From NCBI RefSeq assembly GCF_006345805.1, contig NW_021833929.1, positions 1 to 53,218 on the forward strand: DNA of 53,218 nucleotides. The letters run 5' to 3'. The position numbers were made by a program, and so were the translations under genes. Positions 1 through 13,882 of the stretch are shown piece after piece. Positions within the stretch are counted from its first letter, which is position 1, and each line of letters opens with the position of its first letter. The notes beneath the pieces are model-generated. The model ran no database searches. It was not told where the DNA came from and saw nothing but the letters and a program-made list of their open reading frames with translations. Origin of the DNA: Octopus sinensis (taxonomy: Eukaryota).

Positions 1-39
1 TTACAGGATTGTCTGATGAACGTCGCCGATAAATTCTTT

Positions 40-450
40 GTTCGGTAAATACTTCGTCGCATATATTATGTATATGTGCGTGTGTGTGTATTCATGTATG
101 TATTTGTGCTTTCGGTTGTCCCGCAGCAAGGTATGACAAGCATAAGGCGGCGAGCTAGCAGAATCGTTAGCACAGCCGGGCGAAATGCATAGCGGTATTT
201 CGTCTGCCGCCACGTTTTGAGTTCAAGTTCCGCCGAGGTCGACTTTGCCTTTCGTCCTTTCAGGGTCGATTAAATAAGTACCAGTTACGCACTGGAATCG
301 ATATAATCGACTTAATCCGTGTGTCTGTCCTTGTTTGTCCCCTCTGTGTTTAGCCCCTTGTCGGTAGTAAAGAATAGGTATGACAAGCAGTGAAGTCTTA
401 TTTATGTTCCTGTAAGCTGGCTGTTCAGCAAGAGACACCGTTGGAATAGG
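40..450 (+). mobile_element. Highly decayed SINE family C copy, interrupted by a family A SINE
   Basis: Sequence on both sides of the 144-375 insertion resembles family C (e.g. 27080-27493): cgtcgcatatat-(GT)n-gtcccgcagca before, ttatgttcctgtaagctggctgttcagcaagagacaccg after. Confidence 0.45.
144..375 (+). mobile_element. tRNA-derived SINE, family A, full length with 14-bp TSD
   Basis: aaggcggcgagct head, GAGTTCAAGTTCC B-box-like motif, central gtcgactttgcctttc..tcctttc..ggtcgat..aagtacc domain (resembles the Meta-SINE domain from memory), tail ending aaagaat; TSD aggtatgacaagca at 129-142 and 376-389. Confidence 0.93.
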
Positions 451-895
451 TACACGATTTTAACATAAGTAAAAGATTGAAATAAAGAAAATATTCTCTT
501 AAGAACTCATACAACAGCGTTCATAATGCAACCTTGACTTAACTAATCCTTTTAATTTAATGATGATAATTGTTTCAAAGTATATCTTCAATCAAGCTAT
601 TTTTAGTCGGAAGCGCGTAGATGATTACCTCGAACTGAGTAGACGACAAACATTTAATATTATCCACACGGAATGGTGAAATGATAAAGTTTCCTCAAGG
701 AGGTTTTTGCCCTCAGGATCTACAGACTAGAGGGCAAAAAGAAATGCTTCTATTCGACTACACCGACACACTAACGCTTCTACCATATCTTCTCTATGCT
801 GGAATATATAAGACAATTTCAAAATCGTTTGTCACCGAGTGAGATGCATATATATTATATCATGATGCAATGAATTCATATCGATATGCACGATG

Positions 896-1230
896 AAATT
901 AATGCATTTATGAGGCACAGTTATGTCAAGCACATATATACATATGTATGTGGGTTTTTGCGTAAGTGAATGTATTTATGCATACATACATGCGTATATA
1001 TATTTTTTATATATATACATGCATATACATATATATATATGCATTGTAAATATATAAATTAATGCATTTATATGAGGCACAGTTATGTCAAGTATATATA
1101 TATATATACATATGTATGTGGGTTTCTGCGTAAGTGAATGCATTTATGCATACGTACATACATACATATATATATATTTTATATATATACATGCATATAC
1201 ATATATATATGCATGTGTAAATATATAAAT
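896..1230. repeat. Tandem duplication, about 160-bp period, two copies
   Basis: aaattaatgcattta..tgaggcacagttatgtcaag..tgtgggttt.tgcgtaagtgaatg starts at 896 and again at 1056. Confidence 0.9.
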
Positions 1231-1257
1231 ATACATGTTTGCAAGACACATACACAT

Positions 1258-1290
<33 letters not shown>

Positions 1291-1832
1291 ATATAATGAT
1301 ATATGCATATATATACACACAATAATGAAATCGATACACACACACGTATACATACTTACATTCGTATATATATATACATACATACATACATACACACATA
1401 TATATATATATGCAGATATACGTTTCTATATCTCTATGATATTTCACTAAATACTGTCAGACATATATGAATATAAATCACGTTTATGTCACCTAATATT
1501 TATAACAAAATCTTCAGAATTTCTCATAACTCTATGAATAACAGTCATCCGTGACCGCATGTCATATCAATATTTCACTCAATTTTTCACAATATCTCTC
1601 CTTGCTGTTACTCTGTATAGAATTGAAAACTTGCTACATCAGCGCGATAGAAAAGCTGAGATTCATTTATATTTCATCCGAAAACGTTTTGCATATAAGA
1701 ACTGATATAAGAACTGATATGCTTAACTATGATCCGATTCGTAAATCGATTGCTGGCGGGAATACGTAATCGAATATATGGCCATATAGGTGATCTAGCT
1801 TGATTTACATTGCACCCTATAACAGACACACA

Positions 1833-1896
1833 GAGTGGCTGTGTGATAAATAGCTTGCTTACGAACCACATGGTACCGGGTTCAGTCCCACTGCGT
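1833..1896 (+). mobile_element. SINE family C 5' fragment
   Basis: gagtggctgtgtgataaatagcttgcttacgaaccacatggtaccgggttcagtcccactgcgt matches the head of 27080-27493. Confidence 0.8.
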
Positions 1897-2179
1897 AAGC
1901 GGTTGCAGATGGCCACAATCCTTAGCGCGTCAGGAAAGATTTAGCTCGAAAACAATAATCAATACTTGCGTGAACAACAAAGACGTTTAAGAGATTCCTT
2001 TAAGAAATAATATATCCAGATTTTTTCATAGCTTGATCAGAGGAAGTAAAACGTTTATGATTGATTTTTTTCTTTAGGTTCGAATCTGTTAGTAGGAGCA
2101 AGATTATGGGTTTGTGTAAAGTTGACCAAGAATCATCTGATTCACTAGGAATCTTTAAAAACTACAAAATATATTTATG

Positions 2180-2300
2180 TCTTTATTGCTCACAGGGGTC
2201 TAAATATAGAGGGGACAAAAAGGGACAAAGGGAGCTCAAATTCCACTGAGGTCTCCTTTGCCTTTCTTCCTTTCTGGATTGATACTATAAGTACCAGTTA
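2180..2300. mobile_element. Rearranged, decayed SINE family A
   Basis: Reverse-complement tail (ctttattgctcacaggggtctaaatatagaggggacaa) directly followed by forward-strand body (agctcaaattccactgaggtc..ttgcctttc..aagtaccagtta). Confidence 0.65.
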
Positions 2301-2780
2301 TAATTTCGGGTCATTTCGCGAAATTGCCTACCTTGTGCCAAAACTTCAAACCAATATTATCATTGAGTTTAATTTATACATATCTAAGGGTGTAAGGGTG
2401 TGCTTTTACGGTGAACAATACTTGTCTGTTCCAGATCATTACTAGAATACGATAGTACCGTGATTCGGCGTTCGTATTACGGGGTATCGGGGGTGAAGAA
2501 TGTTTCTTAATGAGTTAATTCTGATTCCCAACATGTCGTTCAATTAACATTTAACACAAGGCTGACTTATACTTTTCTTTGCTGCTGTTTTGCATTCGCT
2601 GTCTCCGAGAGGTCGTTTGCACTGAACTTCGGTTTTCTCCTCCTTCTATACTGAGACAAACATAGCTACTATCACTGTTTCTGTCGAAGTTGGTACATAA
2701 TTAATATCTATATATTGAGATATTAATATGTATATAACGAATTTCTGTGATAGTCAAATCATGTATCCTAAATGTTGCTA

Positions 2781-3065
2781 TGGAGGCACATGGCCTAGTG
2801 TTTAGAGCAGCGGACTCGCGGTCAAGGGATCGCGGGTTCGAAACTCAGACTGGGAGATGTGTGTGTTTATGATCGAAACACCTAAGCTCCACGCTTCCGG
2901 CAGAAGATAATGCCGGACTCTTTCGCCACAACTTTCTCTCCCTCTTTCCTCCTTCATCTGGCAGTTTACCCGAGACGGACCGGCGTCCCAGCCGGGTGGG
3001 GAACCTATACGCCAACGAAACCGGCCCCTATGTGCCAGGCTTGGCTCGAGAAGGAACAAACAACA
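2781..3065 (+). mobile_element. tRNA-derived SINE, family B, tail type 1
   Basis: tggaggcacatggcctagtg..ttagagcagcggactcgcgg head with A/B boxes (gggttcgaaactc); 3' end ggctcgagaaggaacaaacaaca; homologous to 10959-11259. Confidence 0.92.
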
Positions 3066-3395
3066 TGAATATTCGTACTGCAAATACGATTCAGACTGTG
3101 TGAATTTCATTCATATTCAATGAATTATAAGTCTTATTTCTTAAGTTGTGTTTAGAAAACATATTTTTAAAATTGTTTCTAAGTTTTAAAACATATTTTC
3201 TATATAATGAAATAATTACTTGTTCGCTTTGTAAGATCGTACAGAGTGAAAAATAAGACAGCGTTGTTATGTTTATTTGATATAATATACAGTACTGTTA
3301 TTTGTGTTTAAAATACGTCTGAATACTTCAGGAGTGGCTTCTGTCTAAAGGCTAGAAGACTAGCTCACAAATAGAACAAACACAGACATACATTC

Positions 3396-3542
3396 ATTAT
3401 ATATATATATAATATATATATATACATATATATATCTATATTAATATATATATATACATATATATATATACATATATATATATACATATTATATATATAC
3501 ACATATATATATCACATATTATATATACATATATATATATAC

Positions 3543-3573
<31 letters not shown>

Positions 3574-3999
3574 CATATATATATATACATATATATATAT
3601 ATAACATATATATATACTATAATATATATATATCTATATATACATATCTATATATAATATTATATATATTATACTATATTATATACATATATACTATACA
3701 TATATATATATACATATATATATATAATATATATATACATATATATATACATATATATATATATACATATATATATATACACATATATATATATATACAC
3801 ATATATATATATACAATATATATAACATATATATATATACATATATATATAATATATATATATACATATATATATATACATATATATATAACATATATCT
3901 ATACATATATATATACATATATATAACATATATATATATACATATATATATATACATATATATAGATATATACATATATATATACATATATATATATAC

Positions 4000-4076
<77 letters not shown>

Positions 4077-4120
4077 CATATATATATAATATATATCTAT
4101 ATATAAATATTATATATAAT
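3396..4120. repeat. (TA)n/(TACA) compound microsatellite
   Basis: Directly visible; source of the IYIY-type ORFs. Confidence 0.97.
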
Positions 4121-4905
4121 AATAGAGTAAATAATTTCTATAAAGGCTTTTAATAAAACCCCAATTATTTAATGGTAGAATTCGGTATGTAAATATAGGC
4201 CGATTACCGGCAGGAACTTCTGTAAAGTCAGTATATATATTGTATATAAGAAAAAGGGGACAGGCAAACAGGTTGCTTGACCGCATACCGAAAAAATAGA
4301 AATAGCAGTCAAGAATGCTTATTTCTATCAAAGTTGGACTCCGGCACGACAAACCCTGTAATTCACATATGCAAAACAGAAGGAATAGATAACGAAAACG
4401 AAGTCTGGTGGTTATCTGTGAACATCATGTTTCTGGATTATAAACATTGAATATATATTCCATATATTTTTGATATATATTTCATATACATTGCATATAT
4501 TTTCACATCCTCTTCAGCACAGCTTTCCATTGAAAAAGATTTATCATAGATTTATCAAATGCTACGTACCTCAAACCTTCTGACCATGCGACATCAAAAT
4601 ATTTGAAGAAAGTGAGCAAAAGCTAAACCTACATAGACGTTTGAATTCGTAAATCTTCCCTCCAAATTTTGCCATGCGCACTACAAAAATAGTTCCATAA
4701 GATTGGGAACTATTGGGTTGTCATAATGGAGTGAAAAATCCAAATAGTAATATAATAATAAGAGTAAATAATTTCTATTCCTTCTGTTTTGCATATGTGA
4801 ATTACAGGGTTTGTCGTGCCTGGAGTCCAACTTTGATAGAAATAAGCATTCTTGACTGCTATTTCTATTTTTTCGGTGTGCGGTCAAGCAACCTGTTTTC
4901 TTATA
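4121..4905. repeat. Microsatellite-flanked island with about 125-bp inverted repeat
   Basis: 4262-4388 is the near-exact reverse complement of 4774-4897; 18-bp direct repeat agagtaaataatttctat at about 4124 and 4761. Confidence 0.9.
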
Positions 4906-4923
4906 CATATATATATATATATA

Positions 4924-5305
4924 CTAGCAGTATCGCCCGGCGTTGCTCAGGTTTGTAAGGGAAATAACTATAAAACATTTTTTAGAGAGTTATAGCCAAA
5001 AAATAGCAAAAAATGGAAAAAAAATGATGGTAAATTTTTTTTGAGAGTAAAAAAAGGTTGAGTTGCGTCCCCAGACACAGTCGGTGGTTTTTTTTTTTGA
5101 TTCTCGACCCCATGTCGAATTTATCGATTTTTTCAGAACTGGGGGAACTTCAAAATTTTCGCCGTTGTTAGTTTTGAATTATGACATGGGCTATGTGTGT
5201 GTCAAGTTTCATCAGAATAGGTTGAAAGCCGTGGTCAGGGTGAGGGTACGAGAAAACAGACACACAGAAACACGCACAGACAAACTGCCGTTTTATAGAG
5301 AGAGA
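4924..5305 (-). mobile_element. Non-autonomous Helitron
   Basis: Minus strand: A|TC 5' end at 5305, 3' GC-rich hairpin (cctgagcaacgccggg) 8 nt before CTAG|T at 4924; inserted between A and T with no TSD. Confidence 0.8.
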
Positions 5306-5353
5306 TATATACATATATATAATATATATTATACATATATATATATATATATA

Positions 5354-5388
<35 letters not shown>

Positions 5389-5394
5389 ATATAC

Positions 5395-5429
<35 letters not shown>

Positions 5430-5537
5430 CATTATATATATATATATATACATATATCTATTATATATATACATATATATATATATATACATATATATAA
5501 TATATACAATATATATTATTATATATATATATATAAC

Positions 5538-5570
<33 letters not shown>

Positions 5571-5585
5571 CAATTATATATATAC

Positions 5586-5634
<49 letters not shown>

Positions 5635-5820
5635 CATATCTATATATATATTACATATATATATATATATATACATATATATAATTTATATATACATATA
5701 TATATATATATACATATATATATAGACATATATATATATACATATAATATACTATACAATATATATATACCAGATTATATATATACATATATATATATAT
5801 ACACATATAATATATTATCC

Positions 5821-5852
<32 letters not shown>

Positions 5853-6000
5853 TCTATATATATATTATACATATATATATTTATACATATATATATATAT
5901 ATAAATATAATATATACATATATATATATATACATATTTTTATTTATTTTTATTTTATTCTAGTTCAGCTCACGACTGTGGCCATGCTGGGGCACCCGCC

Positions 6001-6032
<32 letters not shown>

Positions 6033-6111
6033 TACATATATATATATAACATATACATATATATACATATATATGATATACATATATATATATTACATAT
6101 ATATATATATA

Positions 6112-6142
<31 letters not shown>

Positions 6143-6150
6143 ATATATAC

Positions 6151-6185
<35 letters not shown>

Positions 6186-6378
6186 CATATATATAATATA
6201 TATACATATATATTATATATATACATATATATATATATACAATATAATAAATACTATTATATATATACATATATATATATACATATAATATATAACATAT
6301 ATATATTACATATATATATTATATATACATATACATATATATAATATATACAATATAACATATATATTATATATATAC

Positions 6379-6412
<34 letters not shown>

Positions 6413-6483
6413 ATATATATATATACTATATATATATATATATACATTACATATATATATAATATAATAATACATATATATAC

Positions 6484-6521
<38 letters not shown>

Positions 6522-6660
6522 TATATCATATATATATACATATATATACATAATATATATATATATCATATATATACATTATATATATATATACATATAT
6601 ACATATATATATACATATATATATACATATATATATATACATATATATATTATATATACA
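5306..6660. repeat. (TA)n/(TACA) compound microsatellite containing a SINE C tail fragment (5950-6000, minus)
   Basis: Directly visible; gactgtggccatgctggggcacccgcc is the reverse complement of the family C tail. Confidence 0.93.
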
Positions 6661-8339
6661 TAATACATACATGTATATTATGTTTACAGTTTTGTGTACA
6701 TATATATATATTTATAGATTGCTGTAAATACATATTTGTGTGATTGTGTATACGTAAGTTGTGCTATGTGTATATATACATTTAACCATATATATACATA
6801 TATATTTGTGTATGTACCATACTATTAAGCAGTGTTATCTACCTGGTTGAACTGATGTGTGTGAGAATTAAAAGAAAGGATGGTGGTGTTGTCTTTATCG
6901 TAGTTCAGTTCAAGATAGAAATTAAAACCGAAATGATTTATAGCCAGCTTCGTATTTGTTTGAACAGTTTTAGATTACAAAGGATTATCTCTGAGCAAAA
7001 GCCGCTGCAGGCCATTCGCCTCATAATATATTTCACAGTTTCCTCTCTAGTTGAACGAAAATGTATTACTGCTTACTTGACACGCTCTTTTATTTTAGAA
7101 TTGAAATGTAGATATGATTTATTAATCCGTTGCACGGAAAAGAGAATGTTCAATAGAAATTTATATAACAACCATATTGTAATTCTTTGACATATATACA
7201 TATAAAACTTAGGATGATTCTACATCACTTGAATTCAAGGAGTTACTCTGGTCATTTTCCAATTTGAAAGGAATACCATCTTGCTTTGTTCTCACTGATC
7301 TGGGAAAACATGAAATGGGTTATCGGCGCTTCGTATTCTCTTCTGTCTAAGCAAGTGATTCTTATAGACAGACAAGTACCCTTGGCGCCGCAAATATTTA
7401 TGAAACTTTCCTCAGCTTATCTTTACACCGGAGAAAACCAAATAGTATTTGCAACTTTATAAATCTTCACTTTCGTCCATGGTATCGTGCAATTTCGAAA
7501 AAGTGTTACAGCATAGTTTTTTCAAATATATTTGCCTACCCAGCTTCCAGTTTCCAAAGCCCGTCATAATGGAATGTCTTCCACCCATGGATAATACCAA
7601 TACAGTTTACAAAAGTTAGATTTTATGAGTAATTGAAAACATATCCATACAAAATTATGAACTTTACAGAAGGGACTGTAACTGAATATTATGATAGAAT
7701 GTTCCTACAATACCAGTCTAGAGTACAACGCGGACCTGATCGAGGGTTCTACATGGTTATTCAACCTGCTGAAACAAGTATCATAATTTCTCTCAAATTA
7801 CGCTTCATTGGCGTAAGATAAAGAAGATTGCAATTCATTTTCGGACAATTCCTTTTCGGTCAGCGGATCGACATTTCCTGGTAGGGTCTCCTATACTGAG
7901 AGGTCAAAGGATAGAGGTCGGATTAAAATGGGCCGCCCATTCTCAGAGGTAAAAATGGGTTTGCGTTGGGCCATCATCCCAGCGAATGAAAACCAAAGTT
8001 ACGGAAGTTTCGATGACAATTCAAATCCAGCAAGGCACCGAAGAGAAAGGCCTTCGCTCAGTGAAACGTGTGATGCCCTAAATGTAGCTAGAGGGGTCTT
8101 CTGAGGCAGACCTTATGAAGAACGGGTCCAACTAGCAAGAGAGAGAAAAGATAACATAGTGATGTGAAAAGTGAAGAAATCCGTCGATGGCATGCACTGA
8201 ATAGGGATAGTAGGACTTAAGTAAGTACACAACAACACGAAATGATAATGAAACTGCTGGGCCTCGTGTCAATATCTGTACGTTACTGTGGTGCATACTT
8301 GCCTGTAGACGTTACAGCCACTTCAGTAGTAGCGAGAAC

Positions 8340-8395
8340 AGCACCACTACCGCTACCATCACCACCACCACCAACAACAACAACTACTATTACCT

Positions 8396-8437
<42 letters not shown>

Positions 8438-8485
8438 TTACTACTACTACTACTGCTACTACTACTACTGCAACTACTACTACTA
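8340..8485. repeat. (ACT/ACC/ACA)n trinucleotide microsatellite
   Basis: Directly visible; explains the poly-Thr and poly-Val ORFs. Confidence 0.95.
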
Positions 8486-8839
8486 AGAAACTGTTTAAGA
8501 TTACAAAATTCATCAATATTTTAGTATTACTTTAAATATAAGAACTTCACGCTAAACTTTCAGTTGACTTTGATTTATATTCAAAAGATTACCTAGGGTG
8601 ACATGTTCCCTATCTTTTGTGAGAAGATCTGAAGAAATTATATATCCATATTAATGTTTTCTTTAGATCTGACAATGTAGATTTGTAAACAGATCAATGA
8701 AATTGAATAGGGCAAATCGATTCTTCATTTTAATAGTTTTAATATATTGATTAAGAGTAAATATGGCATATATACATATGAATGCATGTATATATGACCG
8801 AAAATAAGTATATGATATGTATGTATGCCTGTAAGGATT

Positions 8840-8872
<33 letters not shown>

Positions 8873-8881
8873 TATATATAT

Positions 8882-9070
8882 AATGTAAATAATATATAAA
8901 TATATGCATATATATACATATATGTAATACCTACATACATAAATATATATAATGTAAATAATATATAAATATATGCATATATATACATATATGTAATACC
9001 TACATACATATATATAATGTAAATAATATATAAATATATGCATATATATACATATATGTAATACCTACAT

Positions 9071-9075
<5 letters not shown>
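8882..9075. repeat. About 60-bp tandem repeat, three copies
   Basis: aatgtaaataatatataaatatatgcatatatatacatatatgtaatacctacatac occurs three times. Confidence 0.9.
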
Positions 9076-9105
<30 letters not shown>

Positions 9106-10958
9106 CATGCATATATGGATACAGGACGTCAAGAAAACGTTGAACACCATGAGAAACGAAAACATAAAAACAAAAACATAGAAACAAACTTTTTTTTGAA
9201 CAACGAAAAAAACAGAGAAATGAGACACGCAACATAAAGAATATTCCCCTTCTTCAGCTATCTCTGTTTCATCGTGTGTGAATGTGTGTTTGTGTGTGTT
9301 TGTGTCTGTGTGTCTGCGTATACATGCATGCGCGTGTGCATATGTGCGTGATAGTGCGAATGAATATATATGTTTCATATGCATGTTCGTATTTGTTTGC
9401 GCGCGTGTGTGAAATTTTATGAAAGAGTAGCAGTTCCCATGGAGGCAATTTTCCCTTGGATGACAGCTCTTACGCCAGGTAAAGGTCACAACGTTTGGGC
9501 CAATGCAGCTTGGTCACAACATTTCAGCCAATGACAGTACAGCTGCCAATGCACAAAAGTTCAAAGTAAATACTCGAAGACATTGAGAATAGCGCTTTAA
9601 ATATTTTACCAAGCCACCACTCCAGATTGAGACATTTTTATCACCGCAGATATGATGAGAGGCAAAGTTGACTTGGATCGAATTATTTGAACATATACAT
9701 TTCGCGGACACTTGGTGAAAAAGCAGAAGTGTTCAAAGCAAAGCTTTAAGATTATAAGGACTCTTTCTTCGCACATCGAATTTGCTACGGAATAACTGCT
9801 AAAGAGCATCGACCAGGCAAGACAATGCGACTCGGACTGAATTCCTAATTTCATTTACTGATACATGAGCTATCCCACGGCATATCAGCAAATTATTTTC
9901 ACTCTATTTCTGTGTAAATCATAGAATGGAAAATTCAATCTGTTTTTCGTCTGATCCGAGCGCAGATATTGACAAGCTACAATAATGGTGAAATATCGGT
10001 ATCTACCACACTCGGATTCAATCCAAAACAAATTGTCCCGCCTAGTCTATGAAAATTGGGTGTTCTTTAACTCTCAGCCTTGTGTAGCTAATCCTTAGCA
10101 AATTTGGTGAATGAAAAAACACATACAAAACACTTGTTCGATCGATATTTACATTACTAGAGTTGATTTTAATTCCTAATAGGATACACACAAAAACACA
10201 AGTACACACTCACACACGCACATACACATATATATACATACATATGTATATGCATATTCATACATACACACACACACACACATAAATGTATATATATATA
10301 TAAATGCTCAGTTATGGAAACCATCGTAAATTCACTATTAATATGTATGCATTGAAACATGTACATACATAGAATATAGCCACATATATATGCACCAGAT
10401 AACCGTGAATAAGAGGGAAAAAAGCAAAGAAAATTTGTCATATTTTACACAGAGGGTTAAAACATTTAAAACGGAGGATGAGTTAATTTGATGCATGAAA
10501 CTTTAAAGTTAAATATACGATGATTATACGAGGTTAATTACATAACGACGATTTCCTAGTTTGGTTTTCATGAAATTGCTAATATCTTACACGTATATAA
10601 AACTATCAATAATGTATAAGAGACTCAAACAGTTCATGTATTGAATAAATTAGGTTAGCACAGCCATGATGTCTCTAATTGCTGGAGTCGACCCGTATTA
10701 GTTTCGTCAGAGACAATCTTTGTATTTTATGTAAAAGACATGAATAAGGACAGTTAATCAATAATGAAATTAAGTTCGATTTTTGTTAAATATAACATAA
10801 TGTAGAATATAGCGTTTGAAATGTTCAACAAATAATTTGCTGTATTATACAATATTATGTAAAAGTATTGAATCAACGAAAACATATTGTTCGATTACTG
10901 GATCTGCTAATGGAGCAGCTAATTTTTCCTGCAATTAAACCCTACATTCTGAAAAGTG

Positions 10959-11259
10959 TGGATGCACATGGCCTAGTGGTTAGAGCAGCGGACTCGCGGT
11001 CGAGGGATCGTGGCTCCGAATCTCAGACCGGACGATGTGTGTGTTTATGAGCAAAACACCTAAGCTCCACGCAGCTACAGCAGAAGGTAATGGCGAATTT
11101 CTGCTGACTCTTTCGCCACAACTTTCTCTCACTCTTTCCTCCTGCATCTTGCAGCTCACCTGCGATGGATCGGCGTCCCGTCCAGGTGGGGAACCTATAC
11201 GCTAAGAAACCGGGAAATCGGCCCTTATGAGCCAGGCATGGCTCGAAAAGGAACAAACA
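10959..11259 (+). mobile_element. SINE family B, tail type 1, with TSD
   Basis: Full head, body and tail; TSD acattctgaaa(a/g)gtg at 10944-10958 and 11260-11274. Confidence 0.93.
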
Positions 11260-12841
11260 ACATTCTGAAAGGTGGAAGGACAATTTGAATAGATACGTTC
11301 GCTTATTTGGAAAATATTGGCGCTGTAATAACAGGAATGCGTCCAATCTTAAAGCTGCTCCAATATGGCTGACCTAAAGTGAAACGAAAATAAGAATGTC
11401 ATACACGATAATGTAGCAGTTGAGATTTCCGTGTGGTTGAAAGCTACATGAGATTCAATACATCACTGCATTATATAAAATGGTGATTAAAGGAAGAAAG
11501 ATAGGTTATTCTCTTCGACAGTAGTGTGCGAAGTAGACATCTACATAGTTACCTACCAAAAGAAACTAAAATCATGCTAAAAATATTTCTCACAAAACGA
11601 ATATGAAAAAAATCATATTTATATTTGCTGATAAATCAAGAATTAAGAAGTGGGATCTATCGACAATTTCAAAGTATATTATGCAAAACTAACAAAGAAG
11701 GTTATCTTGAAACTTATTTAAATATCAAGGTAAACATATACTCATTAACTGATTATGAAATTGAGATGAAAATGCTCAATTAAACCCCCAGTGTACTATT
11801 AAGTCAATAAGGGGATCATATACTCAAATTGCGTATAACTGATCTTTATACTCGACACAATGACACTTTATAATGCTCCTTACTCTACTCTTCTAGCCCC
11901 TACTCTTTAATTTGCATCCGTACATTTTTGTCTTCATTTTACATATCCGTTCTATTCTACGGTTTATGGTATGTTAAGCGTCTGCTATGCGTCTCTGAAA
12001 TCAATTGGAATGGCAAAATTGTCAGAATCACTTAATTTTTACTTTTGTTAGAGAATTTCCATTCATCTAGCCAGCAGTGTCATTTTCTCTAACTCTTACT
12101 TTCATAACCAATTTTCTTTCTTGTAGCATTGCCTAACATCTTCTAATTACTACCTCACTCTCAGCCACCGCAAACTACCAACCAAAATTATCTCATTATA
12201 CTTCTTATTCCAACGTTGCTTCTTCCATCCTTACATTTTGCTTTCTATTGAACCTATAAATATTTATAAAAACTCCATCACTAAGCCATTTGCCAATATC
12301 CAGTGATGAAGATAAGACAACTTTGTATCACAGGTCACTAAAAACCCGTACCAATCCATACGCCGAGTATATTACTGGATCTCATTCCATGATATAGGTG
12401 GTTTTGTCTCACACAGGGTTACAGAGTCAGCTGTTCTCGATTTGCCGAAACAGCTGTAAAACTAAGACTTGATTACATCTACGCAATATATACGCAAACT
12501 TACATATGTGCACATTCCATACACTTACTTTTGTGGATATGACTTTATGGCCTCCATACACCTTTAGCAAATAGCTTTTCTTATAGACGGCATTTTACTT
12601 CAGCATTATCTAACACTGATGAAAGGCTTGTACCTTCTTAGATTTGGGATTTCTTTGAACACTACCAGGTGATTATAGCTCTCTTATAGTATAGAATTGT
12701 ATAAGACATTATCTATATATCGATCAACCATTCATTCTCCATCCATCCACCCACCTGCTTGCCAGTCTTTCTCTCTATGTCTCTCTCTCTATATATATGT
12801 ATATAGATACATATGTATATGGATATATTCATACGTATATA

Positions 12842-12886
<45 letters not shown>

Positions 12887-13329
12887 ATAATATATTGTTT
12901 GAAATTTGATGTAGTATATCTAAATTGATTTTTTTCCCTGTAAATTTAGATTTATATTCCCTCAAATAATTATATATATATATATATATAAGTACATGTA
13001 TATACATATTTACACACACACATATATATATTGTTTAATATGCAAACTGTTTCAATTTTCAGTAAAAAAATCATGATAGAAAATAAATTTTATCTATTCA
13101 AATGGAATTATAAAGAACATAGTCCCAAACCAATTGTAAAAGCACTCGGCCGCATGATATAATATATGGTGCCTGATATTTTAATTTATAATTGCCATCG
13201 TATGTTTGACATTATTTCATTCAATGTTTAATACAATATATCATGTTATTATCTGTAACAAATAAAATAAAATAATGAAGAATGCGCACACAAGCGCAGC
13301 ACACACACACACACACTTGCACTCACAGA

Positions 13330-13831
13330 CACAGACACACACGTACATACATATGCATACATACATCTAAATATATATATAAATATATACATATATATAT
13401 AGATATATGTATATATATATATGCATATACGTATGTGTATATATATATATATGCACATATATATACATATACGTATGTGTGTATATATATATACATGTAT
13501 ATATATATATATACATATATATACATGTATATATATATATATATACATATATATACATGTATATATATATATATCATATATACATGTATTATATATATAT
13601 ATACATATATACATGTATATATATATATATACATATATACATGTATATATATATATATACATATATACATGTATATATATATATATACATATATACATGT
13701 ATATATATATATATATATACATATATACATGTATATATATATATATATATATAACATATATACAGTATATATATATATATATATCATATATATATATATA
13801 TATATACATATATACATGTATATATATCATA

Positions 13832-13865
<34 letters not shown>

Positions 13866-13882
13866 TGTACATATATATATAT
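13330..13882. repeat. (TA)n-CATATATACATG compound microsatellite
   Basis: Directly visible. Confidence 0.95.

Noticed and set aside
1-438. ORFs such as MAADEIPLCISPG and ..KHRGDKQGQT..RKGKVDLGG (also 28101, 37004)
   Set aside because: Antisense readings of SINE family A
2781-2860. SINE heads as true tRNA genes
   Set aside because: They continue into repeated SINE bodies and do not give a complete cloverleaf that I can support
4470-4525. Minus-strand CTGAAGA..GAAA in the foldback island
   Set aside because: Neither GAAA gives both a stem II and a credible stem I
7270-7610. Minus-strand GFGNWK and KYLRRQG, reminiscent of hAT TTF-type zinc finger/DUF4371
   Set aside because: Two short motifs in different broken frames; needs a frameshift-aware profile search
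7830-8230. GC-richer block possibly from a LINE 5' UTR
   Set aside because: No recognisable ORF, repeat partner or ribozyme fold
8242-8535. Apparent signal peptide plus poly-Thr mucin-like ORF
   Set aside because: Thr tract is a trinucleotide microsatellite; no splice or homology support
12050-12300. Possible RTE ORF linker remnant on the minus strand
   Set aside because: Only vague composition similarity, many stops
12405-12465. CCGAAACAGCTGTA with palindromic stem III-like sequence
   Set aside because: No CUGANGA-like core upstream; at most a decayed motif
12616-12640. CTGATGA followed by AAGG/CCTT stem
   Set aside because: No GAA after stem II and no stem I or III
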